Assembly: GCA_002269645.1 (NCBI GenBank)
Contig: NIVC01002225.1
Span: 1-64,000 of the forward strand
Source: Macrostomum lignano
Lineage: Eukaryota
Direction: 5' to 3'
Length of the DNA stretch: 64,000 nucleotides
The translations under genes and the position numbers were made by a program. Positions 35,901 to 50,700 of the stretch are shown here, piece after piece (within the stretch, counting starts at the first letter, position 1; each line of letters starts with the position of its first letter). Under the pieces are notes generated by a model. It was not told the origin of the DNA. It did not search any database and saw only the letters and a list, made by a program, of their open reading frames with translations.

Positions 35901-38900
35901 CCACAGCCAGGATGATGTACTGATTAACTGATATGAGAAACACGGCAGTATTCTCATAGCAAGCCATCTGATCCGAGCTCGAGTCGTACACAAACGGATA
36001 GAACCAAGACTGCCATCTCACGTAGAAATAGGCCAGAGTTTGAAAGGCCACGAAAATGCCGCACTGCAAAGCAATGGACGAACAGGTCACGAATGACAGC
36101 AGACGGTGGCTGGGCGCCTCCTGAGCGATGCTCTCGCAAGCAGCCGTGTAGGAGAAGGTGACAAACAGTGTCGTGATGATAAACAGGTCAATGTACACAA
36201 ACTGGTTATCGGTGAGGTTGGTGGCGATCCAGTACAGTATGAGCACCGACACGAACTGGCACATTGAGTAGCAGGCCATAAATTTGAAGATGCCGAACGA
36301 AGTGACCAGGGCGCAGCGGCCCTCCTGGATCAGGCGGATCACGCATGAGATGTTCTGCTCCTGTGATTGGCGATTGGAGTGTCTTCTGAGCTGAGCTCTT
36401 CAGTATGGTAGGTCACTTGGAGTCCTCTCGCCCTCCTAGCTCCCTTCTCACCCTCCCAAATCCTCTCTTACCCTCCCAGAGCATGTCTTACACTACCAGA
36501 TCCCCTCAGATCAGATCCCCATTTAAGATCCCCTCAGAGTGCCATATCAGATCCCCATCCCAGATCGCCTCAGATCCCTTTCCCAGATCTCCCAAATCCC
36601 CACCCCAGATCTCCCAGATCCCATACATCCCCACCCAGATCTCCCAGATCCCCCACACCCCATCCCAGATTTCTCAGATCCCCATCACAGATCCCCCACA
36701 CCCCATCCCAGATCCCACACATCCCCATCCCAGATCCCCCACATCCCCATCCCCATCCCGCATCCCATCCCAGATCCCACACATCGCTATCCCAGATCCC
36801 ACCACATCCCCATACCAGATCCCACCACATCCCCATCCCAGATCCCCCACATCCCCATCCCAATCCCACATCCCATCCCAGATCCCATTCCGGATCCCCT
36901 CACTCCAGCACACGAATTCCCCACCTTGGAGGTGAAGGGCGATGCCACGCTGGCCTCAGCCTCGCTCAGCGATATCCCGGCATGCGCAGTCTTCAAGGCT
37001 CCGCAATCGTTGGCCCCGTCGCCGCACATGGCCACAGTGTAACCCAGCTCCTGAAGGCATTCAACTAGCTGGGATTTTTGCACCGGCGAGAACCTTGCGA
37101 AGACGGCGCCGCACACGGCTAGCCGGGGGATCAGCTGGGAGAAGTGCTGCCGAACTGCCTGCCAGCTGGCGCCGCTAATTGCCAGGCGGTAGGGGCTGCT
37201 GGGGCTGAGGACTGCCGCTTCAGTCACCCTGCGGCGAGGGTCTCCGTACACCTGGTGGATCGGCAGTGAAGTCTGAGAATGCGATCTCATAACCCGATTA
37301 TGTTTACCTGCCTGTCTGATTCTACACTTGATTACCTACCTGCCTGTCTGATTCTACACTTGATTACCTACCTGCCTGTCTGATTCTACACTTGATTACC
37401 TACCTGCCTGTCTGATTGTACACTTGATTACCTACCTGCCTGTCTGATTCTACACTTGATTACCTACCTGCCTGTCTGATTCTACACTTGATTACCTACC
37501 TGCCTGTCTGATTCTACACTTGATTACCTACCTGCCTGTCTGATTGTACACTTGATTACCTACCTGCCTGTCTGATTGTACACTTGATTACCTACCTGCC
37601 TGTCTGATTCTACACTTGATTACCTACCTGCCTGTCTGATTCTACACTTGATTACCTACCTGCCTGTCTGATTGTACACTTGATTACCTACCTGCCTGTC
37701 TGATTCTACACTTGATTACCTACCTGCCTGTCTGATTCTACACTTGATTACCTACCTGCCTGTCTGATTCTACACTTGATTACCTACCTGCCTGTCTGAT
37801 TGTACACTTGATTACCTACCTGCCTGTCTGATTGTACACTTGATTACCTACCTGCCTGTCTGATTCTACACTTGATTACCTACCTGCCTGTCTGATTCTA
37901 CACTTGATTACCTACCTGCCTGTCTGATTGTACACTTGATTACCTACCTGCCTGTCTGATTCTACACTTGATTACCTACCTGCCTGTCTGATTCTACACT
38001 TGATTACCTACCTGCCTGTCTGATTCTACACTTGATTACCTACCTGCCTGTCTGATTGTACACTTGATTACCTACCTGCCTGTCTGATTGTACACTTGAT
38101 TACCTACCTGCCTGTCTGATTCTACACTTGATTACCTACCTGCCTGTCTGATTCTACACTTGATTACCTACCTGCCTGTCTGATTCTACACTTGATTACC
38201 TACCTGCCTGTCTGATTCTACACTTGATTACCTACCTGCCTGTCTGATTCTACACTTGATTACCTACCTGCCTGTCTGATTCTACACTTGATTACCTACC
38301 TGCCTGTCTGATTCTACACTTGATTACCTACCTGCCTGTCTGATTGTACACTTGATTACCTACCTGCCTGTCTGATTCTACACTTGATTACCTACCTGCC
38401 TGTCTGATTCTACACTTGATTACCTACCTGCCTGTCTGATTCTACACTTGATTACCTACCTGCCTGTCTGATTCTACACTTGATTACCTACCTGCCTGTC
38501 TGATTCTACACTTCTCTATCTACCTGCCTGTCGATCAATAATTTTCTGTTTACTTGCCTACCGACCTATGATCTACGTACTCATGCCCTTCTCTTGCTCC
38601 GAACCAATCCAGGCAACACATTAAAAAGCACCAGACCGCACCACAAAGTTGACATTGGGCCCGTTAGGTCCATCGCTAGTCTGCACAATCACGGCAGCCT
38701 CAGTGTCAGCAATGATACCGCATTCCCGAGCCACACTCAATGCCGTAAGGATGTTATCCCCAGTGACCATCACTGGCCGGATTTTGGCACCCAGCAGAGT
38801 CCCAATTGATCCCACAGTCTCCGGCTTAAGCCGGTTCTCCATCACTAGCAGGCCGAGAAACTGCAGATCGTACTCGAACTCTCCGCGGTTTAATTTTTGA

Positions 38901-41900
38901 GCCGACTGCAGGCTGACACTCGGTGACAGCGGCCGGTAGGCCAAGCCGATCACGCGGTAGCCGTGGCTCGTGTACTCCATGAGCTGGTTGTGAAAGTCTG
39001 CGGGGATCTGGAATAGCAAAACGGAAGGTTATTCTTAATGTAAGAATAATTTACATGTAGATTGGAGGCAGATTCTCAAAATAGATTGGAAACAGATTCT
39101 CTAGGTAGATTGGAGGCAGATTCTTAAGGTAGATTGGAGGCAGATTCTTAAGGTAGATTGGAGGCAGATTCTTAAGGTAGATTGGAAACAGATTCTCAAG
39201 GTAGATTGGAGCAGATTCACAAGGTAGATTGGAGGCAGATTCTCAAGATAGATTGGAAGCAGATTTTAAGGTAGATTGGAGGCAGATTCTTAAGGTAGAT
39301 TGGAAACAGATTCTCAAGGTAGATTGGAGCAGATTCACAAGGTAGATTGGAGGCAGATTCTCAAGATAGATTGGAAGCAGATTTTAAGGTAGATTGGAGG
39401 CAGATTCTTAAGGTAGATTGGAGGCAGATTCTTAAGGTAGATTGGAGCAGATTCTTAAGGTAGATTGGAGGCAGATTCTTAAGGTAGATTGGAGGCAGAT
39501 TCTTAAGGTAGATTGGAGGCAGATTCACATGGTAGATTGGAGGCAGATTCTTAAGGTAGATTAGAGCAGATTCTTAAGGTAGATTGGAGGCAGATTCTTA
39601 AGGTAGATTAGAGCAGATTCACAAGGTAGATTGGAGGCAGATTCTCAAGATAGATTGGAAGCAGATTTTAAGGTAGATTGGAGGCAGATTCTTAAGGTAG
39701 ATTGGAAACAGATTCTCAAGGTAGATTGGAGGTAGATTCTCAAGGTAGATTGGAAACAGATTCTCTAGGTAGATTGGAGCAGATTCACAAGGTAGATTGG
39801 AGGCAGATTCTCAAGATAGATTGGAAGCAGATTTTAAGGTAGATTGGAGGCAGATTCTTAAGGTAGATTGGAAACAGATTCTCAAGGTAGATTGGAGCAG
39901 ATTCACAAGGTAGATTGGAGGCAGATTCTCAAGATAGATTGGAAGCAGATTTTAAGGTAGATTGGAGGCAGATTCTTAAGGTAGATTGGAAACAGATTCT
40001 CAAGGTAGATTGGAGCAGATTCACAAGGTAGATTGGAGGCAGATTCTCAAGATAGATTGGAAGCAGATTTTAAGGTAGATTGGAGGCAGATTCTTAAGGT
40101 GGATTGGAAACAGATTCTCAAGGTAGATTGGAGCAGATTCACAAGGTAGATTGGAGGCAGATTCTCAAGATAGATTGGAAGCAGATTTTAAGGTAGATTG
40201 GAGGCAGATTATTAAGGTAGATTGGAGCAGATTCTTAAGGTAGATTGGAGGCAGATTCTTAAGGTAGATTGGAGGCAGATTCTCAAGATAGATTGGAAGC
40301 AGATTTTAAGGTAGATTGGAGGCAGATTCTTAAGGTAGATTGGAGCAGATTCTTAAGGTAGATTGGAGGCAGATTCTTAAGGTAGATTAGAGCAGATTCA
40401 CAAGGTAGATTGGAGGCAGATTCTCAAGATAGATTGGAAGCAGATTTTAAGGTAGATTGGAGGCAGATTCTTAAGGTAGATTGGAGGCAGATTCTTAAGG
40501 TAGATTGGAGCAGATTCTTAAGGTAGATTGGAGCAGATTCTTAAGGTAGATTGGAGGCAGATTCTCAAGGTAGATTGGAGGCAGATTCTTAAGGTAGATT
40601 GGAGGCAGATTCTTAAGGTGGATTGGAAACAGATTCTCAAGGTAGATTGGAGCAGATTCACAAGGTAGATTGGAGGCAGATTCTCAAGATAGATTGGAAG
40701 CAGATTTTAAGGTAGATTGGAGGCAGATTATTAAGGTAGATTGGAGCAGATTCTTAAGGTAGATTGGAGGCAGATTCTTAAGGTAGATTGGAGGCAGATT
40801 CTCAAGATAGATTGGAAGCAGATTTTAAGGTAGATTGGAGGCAGATTCTTAAGGTAGATTGGAGCAGATTCTTAAGGTAGATTGGAGGCAGATTCTTAAG
40901 GTAGATTAGAGCAGATTCACAAGGTAGATTGGAGGCAGATTCTCAAGATAGATTGGAAGCAGATTTTAAGGTAGATTGGAGGCAGATTCTTAAGGTAGAT
41001 TGGAGGCAGATTCTTAAGGTAGATTGGAGCAGATTCTTAAGGTAGATTGGAGCAGATTCTTAAGGTAGATTGGAGGCAGATTCTCAAGGTAGATTGGAGG
41101 CAGATTCTTAAGGTAGATTGGAGGCAGATTCTTAAGGTAGATTGGAGGCAGATTCACAATGTAGATTGGAGGCAGATTCTCAAGGTAGATTGGAGGCAGA
41201 TTCTTAAGGTAGATTGGAGGCAGATTCACAATGTAGATTGGAGGCAGATTCTTAAGGTAGATTGGAGGCAGATTCTTAAGGTAGATTGGAGGCAGATTCT
41301 TAAGGTAGATTAGAGCAGATTCTCAAGGTAGATTGGAGGCAGATTCTTAAGGTAGATTGGAGGCAGATTCTTAAGGTAGATTGGAGGCAGATTCTTAAGG
41401 TAGATTGGAGGCAGATTCACATGGTAGATTGGAGGCAGATTCTCAAGGTAGATTGGAAACAAATTCTCAAGGTAGATTGGAAACAGATTCACAGGGTAGA
41501 TTGGAAGCAGATTCTCAAGGTAGATTGGAGGCCGATTCGGAAGTTAGATTTCTGGCAGATTGTCTCGTATCTTTCTTGGCTTTTATCAACGGAAGTACGT
41601 ATAAAAATGCGATAGACAAAGGTAAATTCAACCGAAACACCCAACTAAGTCTTGTTTCTTTCAAGATAATTCAAGAAAGGCCGGCAAGGAGGTCTAGCAA
41701 GTTTTGCAGCGGAAGTGAACAGCGCTCTCGGGACAAAAACTCAACAAGGTGGAGAGGAAGGCGCCAAATTGATTTTCGCATGCTGAACTCTAGGAGGATA
41801 GGGTGACGGATAAAAAACCAGACTTGACAACGGAAGAAACAGGAATTAGACAAACACGAGGCAAGCAACCGCAGCAGTTATAACTGACTTTAAGCCAGGA

Positions 41901-44531
41901 CTGGAGCTTTTGTTGATACCGAAATCGCCAAGTTGCAAAGTTTTAATACAATACTGAATCAAATCCGCATGGGACACGGGACTATGCTGCTGATTTTGAC
42001 TGTATTCCTGCTATCAGCCACCGGCAGGACAAGTGCCCTGGAGCTCAAGTGGTGGTCAACTCGCGAGAGTCTGTCTGACTACGAGGCTGTGAGATCTTTC
42101 ACGGTTCGATCCAGGATCCAGTGCACAGCGGCCGCCAGCAACAGCTACTCCGCTGTACAGCTGGTGGCGTTCAACGCCAGCTCCAGCCGGTGCACCCACT
42201 ACAGATGCCGCTTGGGCCTCAGCCACTGCAGAAAGTGCCGCAATGTAAACAGTGGAGCTCGAAAAGTTTCGGTGAGTCGTCTCAAGGGAAATGCAGTAAC
42301 TACGAGTATCAACGTGGAGGCTGAGATGCAAAAGCTCTAAAGGGGAGAAGTTGCTAAGATACCAAGCAAGGCTCAAGGAGTTATGTTGAAATACCAAGGC
42401 TCCAGAGGGATGTTGAAATACCAAGGCTCCAGGGGGGATGTTGAAATGCCAAGGCTCCAGGGGGGATGTTGAAATGCCAAGGCTTCAGAGGGGATGTTGA
42501 AATGCCAAGGCTCCAGAGGGGATGTTGAAATGCCAAGGCTTCAGAGGGGATGTTGAAATGCCAAGGCTTCAGAGGGGATGTTGAAATGCCAAGGCTCCAG
42601 AGGGGATGTTGAAATACCAAGGCTCCAGGGGGGATGTTGAAATGCCAAGGCTCCAGAGGGGATGTTGAAATGCCAAGGCTCCAGAGGGGATGTTGAAATA
42701 CCAAGGCTCCAGGGGGGATGTTGAAATGCCAAGGCTTCAGAGGGGATGTTGAAATGCCAAGGCTCCAGAGGGGATGTTGAAATGCCAAGGCTTCAGAGGG
42801 GATGTTGAAATGCCAAGGCTCCAGAGGGGATGTTGAAATACCAAGGCTCCAGGGGGGATGTTGAAATACCAAGGCTCCAGAGGGGATGTTGAAATACCAA
42901 GGCTCCAGAGGGGATGTTGAAATGCCAAGGCTCCAGAGGGGATGTTGAAATACCAAGGCTCCAGAGGGGGGGGTGTTGAAATGCCAAGGCTTCAGGGAGA
43001 ATGTTGAAATACTAAGGCTCCAGGGGGGATGTTGAAATACTAAGGCTCCAGGGGTGATGTTGAAATACAAAGGCTCCAGAGGGATGTTGAAATACTAAGG
43101 CTCCAGGGGGGGGTGTTGAAATGTCAAGGCTCCAGGGGGATGTTGAAATACTAAGGCTCCAGAGGGATGTTGAAATACTAAGGCTCCAGGGGGGATGTTG
43201 AAATACTAAGGCTCCAGAGGGATGTTGAAATACTAAGGCTCCAGGGGGGGGGTGTTGAAATGCCAAGGCTTCAGGGGGAATGTTGAAATGCCAAGGCTCC
43301 CTGGAGGGGGATGTTGAAATGCCAAGGCTCCCTGGAGGGGGATGTTGAAATGCCAAGGCTCCCTGGAGGGAGGATGTTGAAATGCCAAGGCTCCCTGGAG
43401 GGAGGATGTTGAAATGCCAAGGCTCCCTGGAGGGGGATGTTGAAATGCCAAGGCTGCCTGGAGGGGGGATGTTAAAATGCCAAGGCTACCTGGGGGAATA
43501 TTGAAATGCCAAGACTCCATGGGGAATATTGAATGCCAAGACCAAGGGGGAATGTCGAGATAGCTAGGCTCAAGGGGGGAATGCTGATATGGTTCAAGGA
43601 GAGAGTTGCTGAGATTCCAAGGCTTAAGGGGAATGTTGAGATGCCAAGGCTGGAAGAGCAATTTAGACGATTCTGGCACAATCCGGTGTCCCATTTGCAG
43701 ACAGCCAGCAAGGATTGTTGGACCACCGTACAGCACAGGGTGTCCGGTTCTGTGAACTTCTATCGCAACTGGAGCGACTACCAGAACGAGTTCGGCGAGG
43801 GACCCGACAGAAACTACTGGATCGGTGAGGTTAAATATTGTACTTTCGCACACAATGAAGCGCTAACTTGAGTTTTTTTAGTTTAACAAGCACAAATCCT
43901 CCCATAGGTCTAAACGCTCTTCATCGTAGAACTATGGAAAAAGCTCGCAAGCTGCGAATACTGATGAAGGCCTGGAACAACTCAGAGGCGTGGGCTGAGT
44001 ACTACAGCTTCTCGGTCGGTCCCGGATCAGACAACTACCGGCTAAGCGTGACGGGGTTCTCTGGCAGCGCTGGCATCGGTGACTCTCTCGTTGGAAAAGC
44101 CAACGGAAGCCCGTTCAGCACTCGGGACGCAGACCATGACACCTACTCTGACAACTGCGCCCAGAAGTACCTCGGCGCCTGGTGGTTCGCCAGCTGTTTC
44201 GACGCTAACCCCAACGGACAGTACAAAGAGTTCGCAGACGCTATCGGCGGCGAATACGCTCACGGCATTATTTGGAGATATTACTATGAGTACTACTACT
44301 CGTTGAAGGAGATTGAAATGCTTGTGCTTTAAGCCAATTTGTGATCAACAGTAAGAGCGAGTAACGCCAGCTAAAATTTGTCTTGTTTATATCTTTATGT
44401 CTTGTTTATGTAGCTTGTAAAGTGTAGTTTGTCCACTTGACTTAGTGTCTGTCTGTGTGTCTGTCTGTCTGTCTGTCTGTTTTAGTGTCTTTCTGTCTGT
44501 CTGTCAGTCTGTCTGTCTGTTTTAGTGTCTT

Positions 44532-44592
<61 letters not shown>

Positions 44593-44607
44593 ATGTCTGT
44601 CTGTCTT

Positions 44608-44644
<37 letters not shown>

Positions 44645-44671
44645 ATGTCTGTGTGTCTGTCTGTCTGTCTT

Positions 44672-44706
<35 letters not shown>

Positions 44707-47700
44707 TTCTGTCTGACTGTCTGTCTGTCTGTCTGTCTTTCTGTCTGTCTGTGTGTGCCTGTCTCTATCCGTTTTTCACCTGCTCTTTTAATACCAAACG
44801 AATTTGTATTTTCAAAAGCAATTTTCATCAAAATTAAATTCTAATTTCCTCGAAATCAGAGTCAAATAATAACGTGTTTTATTGTATTGACTAGCTGAGA
44901 AAGAACTTTGCTAAAGTTTGCTAAAATTGCCGCAGTTTTGAGCTGAGAGTTTGCAAGCCTACTGATTGAAAACTGGTTGAATGAGCGATCAAGTTATGTG
45001 ATACATAGCCATATATTATTTTGTTAGCATTAACCAATCAACTAAAGCAACAGTCTCAGAACTCACGGAGTCAGGCAGACACAGAGAGTGGATCATTTCC
45101 GGCGAGCCTTTGACGAATGCAACCAGCGGCTCCGCAGCGAGGGCACCAAGTCTGATGGCTATGACAGACATTCGCTGCAGCTCCGAGCTGAATGGAAACT
45201 GACGGATGACACCCAGCTCTGTGCCGGTGGAGGGAGACCGGACCAACAAGCTCACTTGGCGGTCGCACCTTTGGATTTGTTAATTGAGTAGACAAATTAT
45301 TAAGGTAACTTTATAAATGCGAGCGTAAATTAACGAGAAATACTGTGGCTCTATGAGGAAATTTCTGAGATGCCAAAGGTCAATTGGGAGTTTTTGGTGG
45401 GGCAAGCATCAAAGAGAGATCTTTGCCCCAACGGGGGGCAAAGATGGCTAGTCCTATATACTAAAAATAGTATCCTTCCTAACTAAATCTAAAAAGAAAA
45501 TTTCATGAGGAATATCATTTAAAGTATTTAACTGTAAATATCTAAAATTCATTGAAAAACCCCGACTGAATTGAAAACGCATTCAAACAACGCGTCTACC
45601 TGGAATAATTGATGGTATTTGGCTCGTCCAACAGCCAGCCGGTGCTTTCAAACATTTTCAAATCGAGCGGATCTCCCGATAGCACGCCGTCAATTCGTGT
45701 GAGCGCGTGACAGGCGGCCATGGCCTCGAGCAGTTGCGACGGCTCCTTGATGTCCGCTGGGGTCGAAGTGGATGGCAGGAGGACCGATTTCAAGGCGGGC
45801 ACTGCGCCCCATAGGTCCATGCCTGTGATCGGGTGAGGGAGGGATGGCAAAGATTGGTTTTGAAAATCACCGCTTCGATAAATTGATATTTGATTAAAAA
45901 GCCATAAAATAAAAAATAAAAAATTATATACATGCCTAATTAGTAAACAAATTAAATAAATATATACATGCTAATCAGTATACCAAATTAAATAATTATA
46001 TACGTCCCCAATCAGTATAACAAATTAAATAACTGTATAGATGCCTAATCAGTATAACAAATTAAATAATTATATACGTGCCTAATCAGTATAACGAATT
46101 TAATAACTGTATAGATGCCTAATCAGTATAACAAATTAAATAAATGTATGGATGCCTAATCAGTATAACAAATTACGAGCTAAATAACTATATAGATGCC
46201 TAATCAGTATAACAAGCTAAACAATCATATATTCCTAATCAATATAACAAATGAATAAATGATGGATGCCTACTCAGTATAACAAATGTAAAAATTTGCA
46301 CAAAATGACTAGTAAATTAACTTACCAGACTCTGTCAGAGTGCCAGTCTTATCAAAGCACACCAGATTAATGGCACCAGACACATTAATAGTCTTCGGCG
46401 CTATGCAGAAGATCTTTCTTCGCTTTAGACGGGTCTGAGCAAACACAATGCCAATAGTCATAGCCGCTGGCAGGGCCGGAGGCACCGCTATGGTGATCAG
46501 GTCCAATGCTCTGACAACAATCTTCTGCCATGCGTCGCCACGCTGATGCATGAGGATCACCGTGTAGATGAACCCAGCCACAGCGAACAAGCCCAGCACC
46601 TCCAAGTAGTTGATCACGTCGCGATTAAAAGTGAAAGCAATCGGTTTAGGGTACAATATCGATCTCACTAGTTCGCCTTTTGAGGTCATGAACCCGGTGC
46701 GAACTACCACGGCTCTGACTGGTTCAGAGTGACGAGTCTGAATCACTTTGGTGCCGCAGAACAGGATGTGCTTGGCATGCCGTTTCAGACTGAACTGCGA
46801 GTCCACGGATGGGATGGGCGTCTTCAGCAGTGGCACACTCTCGCCTGCGGGGGAGATAAATCCTTAGTTTAATCAAAATACTGTGTTTAGAGACATCAAA
46901 TTGATTTCATTGTTAAATTAATGGTCTTACAATTAAATAAAAGGTATTTCAATATTATATTCGAAATATTTTCTAGTACACTGAACATAATTTTAACTGA
47001 TTATGTTAGGGGTTGACATACTTTTTATCACGAGGGTCTAAAGAACCTAATTAAAGAATCCAGCTTATGGCTGCAGGTGAGATAAGAGAAAAAAGAAGAG
47101 GGAATAGAGGAGTGACAAGTGTAAAGAAGAGATAAGAGATGAGGGAATATAGAAGAAGGGAGAGGCAAAGAGGGATGAGGGAAGAGAGGAATGAATAGAG
47201 GGAGAGAAGAGAGAGGAGAGGAGGTAGAGAGAAGGGATGAAGAGAGAGAGAGGGGGGAGAGAGGAGAGAAGAGATAAGAGAGGAGAGAAGAAGGGAGAGG
47301 AGAGCTGATAAGGCACACAAGCATCGAGCGGGCCGGATTGCAATTGTGAAGTTTCAAAGGACCCGAGTGCCGGACAGAGAGGCTTCGCGGGCCGACTTTG
47401 CCGACCCCTGAACAAGTTATCTCACCAGTCAGCATGCTCTCATTCACTATGCAGTTTCCCGCAATCAGCACAGCGTCGCACTGCATAAGACAGCCAGACT
47501 GTGGAATCTCGATGATGTCGCCGGGAACTAAGCGACTGGAATCCAGTTCCATCGGCGCAGCTGAAGAGAAGTTGTAGTGGTAGCTGTTTCCATGCATTTC
47601 AAGTATTGTTTAACCAGCTACACGCAGTTACTTACAAGTTGAGCCACGAACTGCGCTAACACTGCTGGAGTCCACCAGGGTTTTGCGCAAATTGCGTTCG

Positions 47701-50700
47701 TTCTAGATAAATGCAAAACAAGACAGAGACGATGTGATGTAAGTTTCTAGCTGGTGGGTTTGTATAGTGAGGCAGGAGAGAGGGAGAGAGATAAAGGAAG
47801 ATAGAGTTGGGGGAGAGAGGGAGACTGGGAGAGGGAAGGGAGACAGGGGGACAGGGAGAGAGGGTAAGATAGAGGATGAGAGGGAGAGATGAGGAGAGAG
47901 GGAGAGAGGGAGAAGGAGAGAGAGACAGAGGGAAGGAAGAGGAGGAGAGGGTGAGAGGGATAGGGAGAGAAGGAGAGAGGGAGAGGGAGAGACGAAGAGA
48001 GAGGGAGGGAGAGAGGGAGAGAGGGAGAGAGAGGAAGGGAGGGAGAGAGAGACGGAGGGAGAGAGGGAGTGAGAGGAAGGGAGGGAGAGAGTCAGGGAGA
48101 GAGAGGGAGGGAGAGAGGGAGGGAGAGAGGGAGGGAGAGAGGGAGTGAGAGGAAGGGAGGGAGAGAGACGGAGGGAGAGAGGGAGTGAGAGGAAGGGAGG
48201 GAGAGAGTCAGGGAGAGAGAGGGAGGGAGAGAGGGAGGGAGAGAGGGAGGGAGAGAGGGAGGAGAGAGGAAGAGAGGGAGAGGGTGAGAGGGAGAGAGGG
48301 AGAGAAGAGACGGGTTACAGAGAGATAGAAAAGCACAAATGCTAAGATGGGAAACCAGCAGACACATTGATGAGTGACAGACTGACATGCAGCTTGATAC
48401 GATGAATTATTTAGCATTAGTAATAAGCAAATACATGTTCCTAAAAGCTCACCCGAGCAGTAACAAAGACAGTAATAGACAGGGAGATGCAGGACATCAC
48501 AATAATGCAGATAGCATAGATTGTGTACTCCTCAATTAGCCACAGGGTGACGCTGAACAGTTGAAAAATGTAAAACGGATGCAGTCCCTGTGGTATTAGA
48601 AAAATGAGATTATTTGCCTATATTTCTACTCTAAGTAGAGAAATTAAAACAGTAAAATTTTATCAAAAGATTCAAAATGACTCGCCTGCACAACCAGAAG
48701 CTTCCAGATCGGGGTCAGTGGGATGTGCACCCGATTCTCGCCGTACTTGACAAACTCTAGATTGGCCTCAGCCTCATCCAGGCCCGTTGACTCGTGAAAG
48801 AATTCGCAGGATGTGTTAATGAACACGCTGGAGTTAAATAATTGTTAAAAGATTTCTACGAATATAGATAGCTACTATACATAACTACAGAGAAAAAATA
48901 GACACAAACGCACTCATTTCTTTTGAATCTTTGCTCATAAGATTGCCAGACATATTTGATCTTCTTGTGCATGAAGTACCTGAATGTTGACTCGACCTTC
49001 AGTGTGGGAAGGTAGATAATTTCTAATTAAAATGTGCATTTCAGTGAGAATTTTAGCATTTATATCTCATTTTAATTGCTGAATAGTTTTAGATTTACGA
49101 CGATTTTTACCAATTCGCCGGAAATTTAATCCGCAGAATAGCCGCCTGCGGTGGCGAGTTGGTAAGAAAAGGGAGAGAGGGGGAGGTAAGAGAGAGACAA
49201 GAAAGAGATCGAGGTGGGAAGAAAAGGGTTGAGAGGGACAGGGAATAAAATGGAGAGGGGTGAGATGGGGAGAAGTGAGAGGGGGAGGGTGAGATGGGGA
49301 GAGGTGAGAGGGAGAGGGTGATATGGCGAGGGGTGAGAGAGTGGTGAGATGGGGAGAGGTGACAGAGAGAGAGAGAGAGTGGTGAGATGGGGAGGGGTGA
49401 TAGAGAGAGTGGTGAGATGGGGATCGGGGTGATAGAAAGTGGTGAGATGAGTAGGGGTGAGAGGGAGAGGGTGAGATGGGGAGGGGTGAGAGTAGTGAGA
49501 TGGGGAGGGGTGAGAGTAGTGAGATGGGGAGGGGTGAGAGTAGTGAGATGGGGAGGGGCAAGAGGGAGGGTTGAGATAAGGAGGGGTGAGAGAGAGTGGT
49601 GAGATGGGGAGGGTGGGAGGGAGAGGGTGAGATGGGGAGGGGTGAGAGTAGTGAGATGGGGAGGGGCAAGAGGGAGGGTTGAGATGGGGAGAGGTGAGAG
49701 AGAGTGGTGAAAGGGGGAAAATGGGGAAGGCAAGAGGGAGGGCTGAGATGGGGAGGGGCAAGAGGGAGGGCTGAGATGGGGAGGGGCAAGAGGGAGGGCT
49801 GAGATGGGGAGGGGCAAGAGGGAGGGCTGAGATGGGGAGGGGCAAGAGGGAGGGTTGAGATAAGGAGGGGTGATAGAGAGTGGTGAGATGAGTAGGGGTG
49901 AGAGGGAGAGTGGTGAGATGGGGAGGGTGGGAGGGAGAGGGTGAGATGGGGAGGGGCAAGAGGGAGGGCTGAGATGGGGAGGGGCAAGAGGGAGGGCTGA
50001 GATGGGGAGGGGCAAGAGGGAGGGTTGAGATAAGGAGGGGTGATAGAGAGTGGTGAGATGAGTAGGGGTGAGAGGGAGAGTGGTGAGATGGGGAGGGTGG
50101 GAGGGAGAGGGTGAGATGGGAGGGGCAAGAGGGAGGGTTGAGATGGGGAGAGGTGAGAGAGTGTGGTGAAATGGGGAGAAATGGGGAAGGCAAGAGAGAG
50201 GGCTGAGATTGGGAGGGGCAAGAGGGAGGGCTGAGATGGGGAGGGGCAAGAGGGAGGGCTGAGATGGGGAGGGACAAGAGGTTGAGATGGGGAAGGGCAA
50301 GAGGGAGGGCTGAGATGGGGAGGGCAAGAGAGAGGGCTGAGATTGGGAGGGGCAAGAGGGAGGGCTGAGATGGGGAGGGCAAGAGGGAGGGCTGAGATGG
50401 GGAGGGGCAAGAGGGAAGGGCAAAAATGGGGAGGGTGAGAAAGAGGTGTGGGAGAGAGAGGCGATGAGAGGGAGAGTGGATGAAAGGGAGAGTGGATGAG
50501 AGGGAGAGTGGATGAAAGGGAGAGTGGATGAGAGGGAGAGTGGATGAAAGGGAGAGTGGATGAGAGGGAGAGTGGATGAAAGGGAGAGTGGATGAGAGGG
50601 AGAGTGGATGAGAGGGAGAGTGGATGAGAGGGAGAGTGGATGAAAGGGAGAGTGGATGAGAGGGAGAGTGGATGAAAGGGAGAGTGGATGAGAGGGAGAG

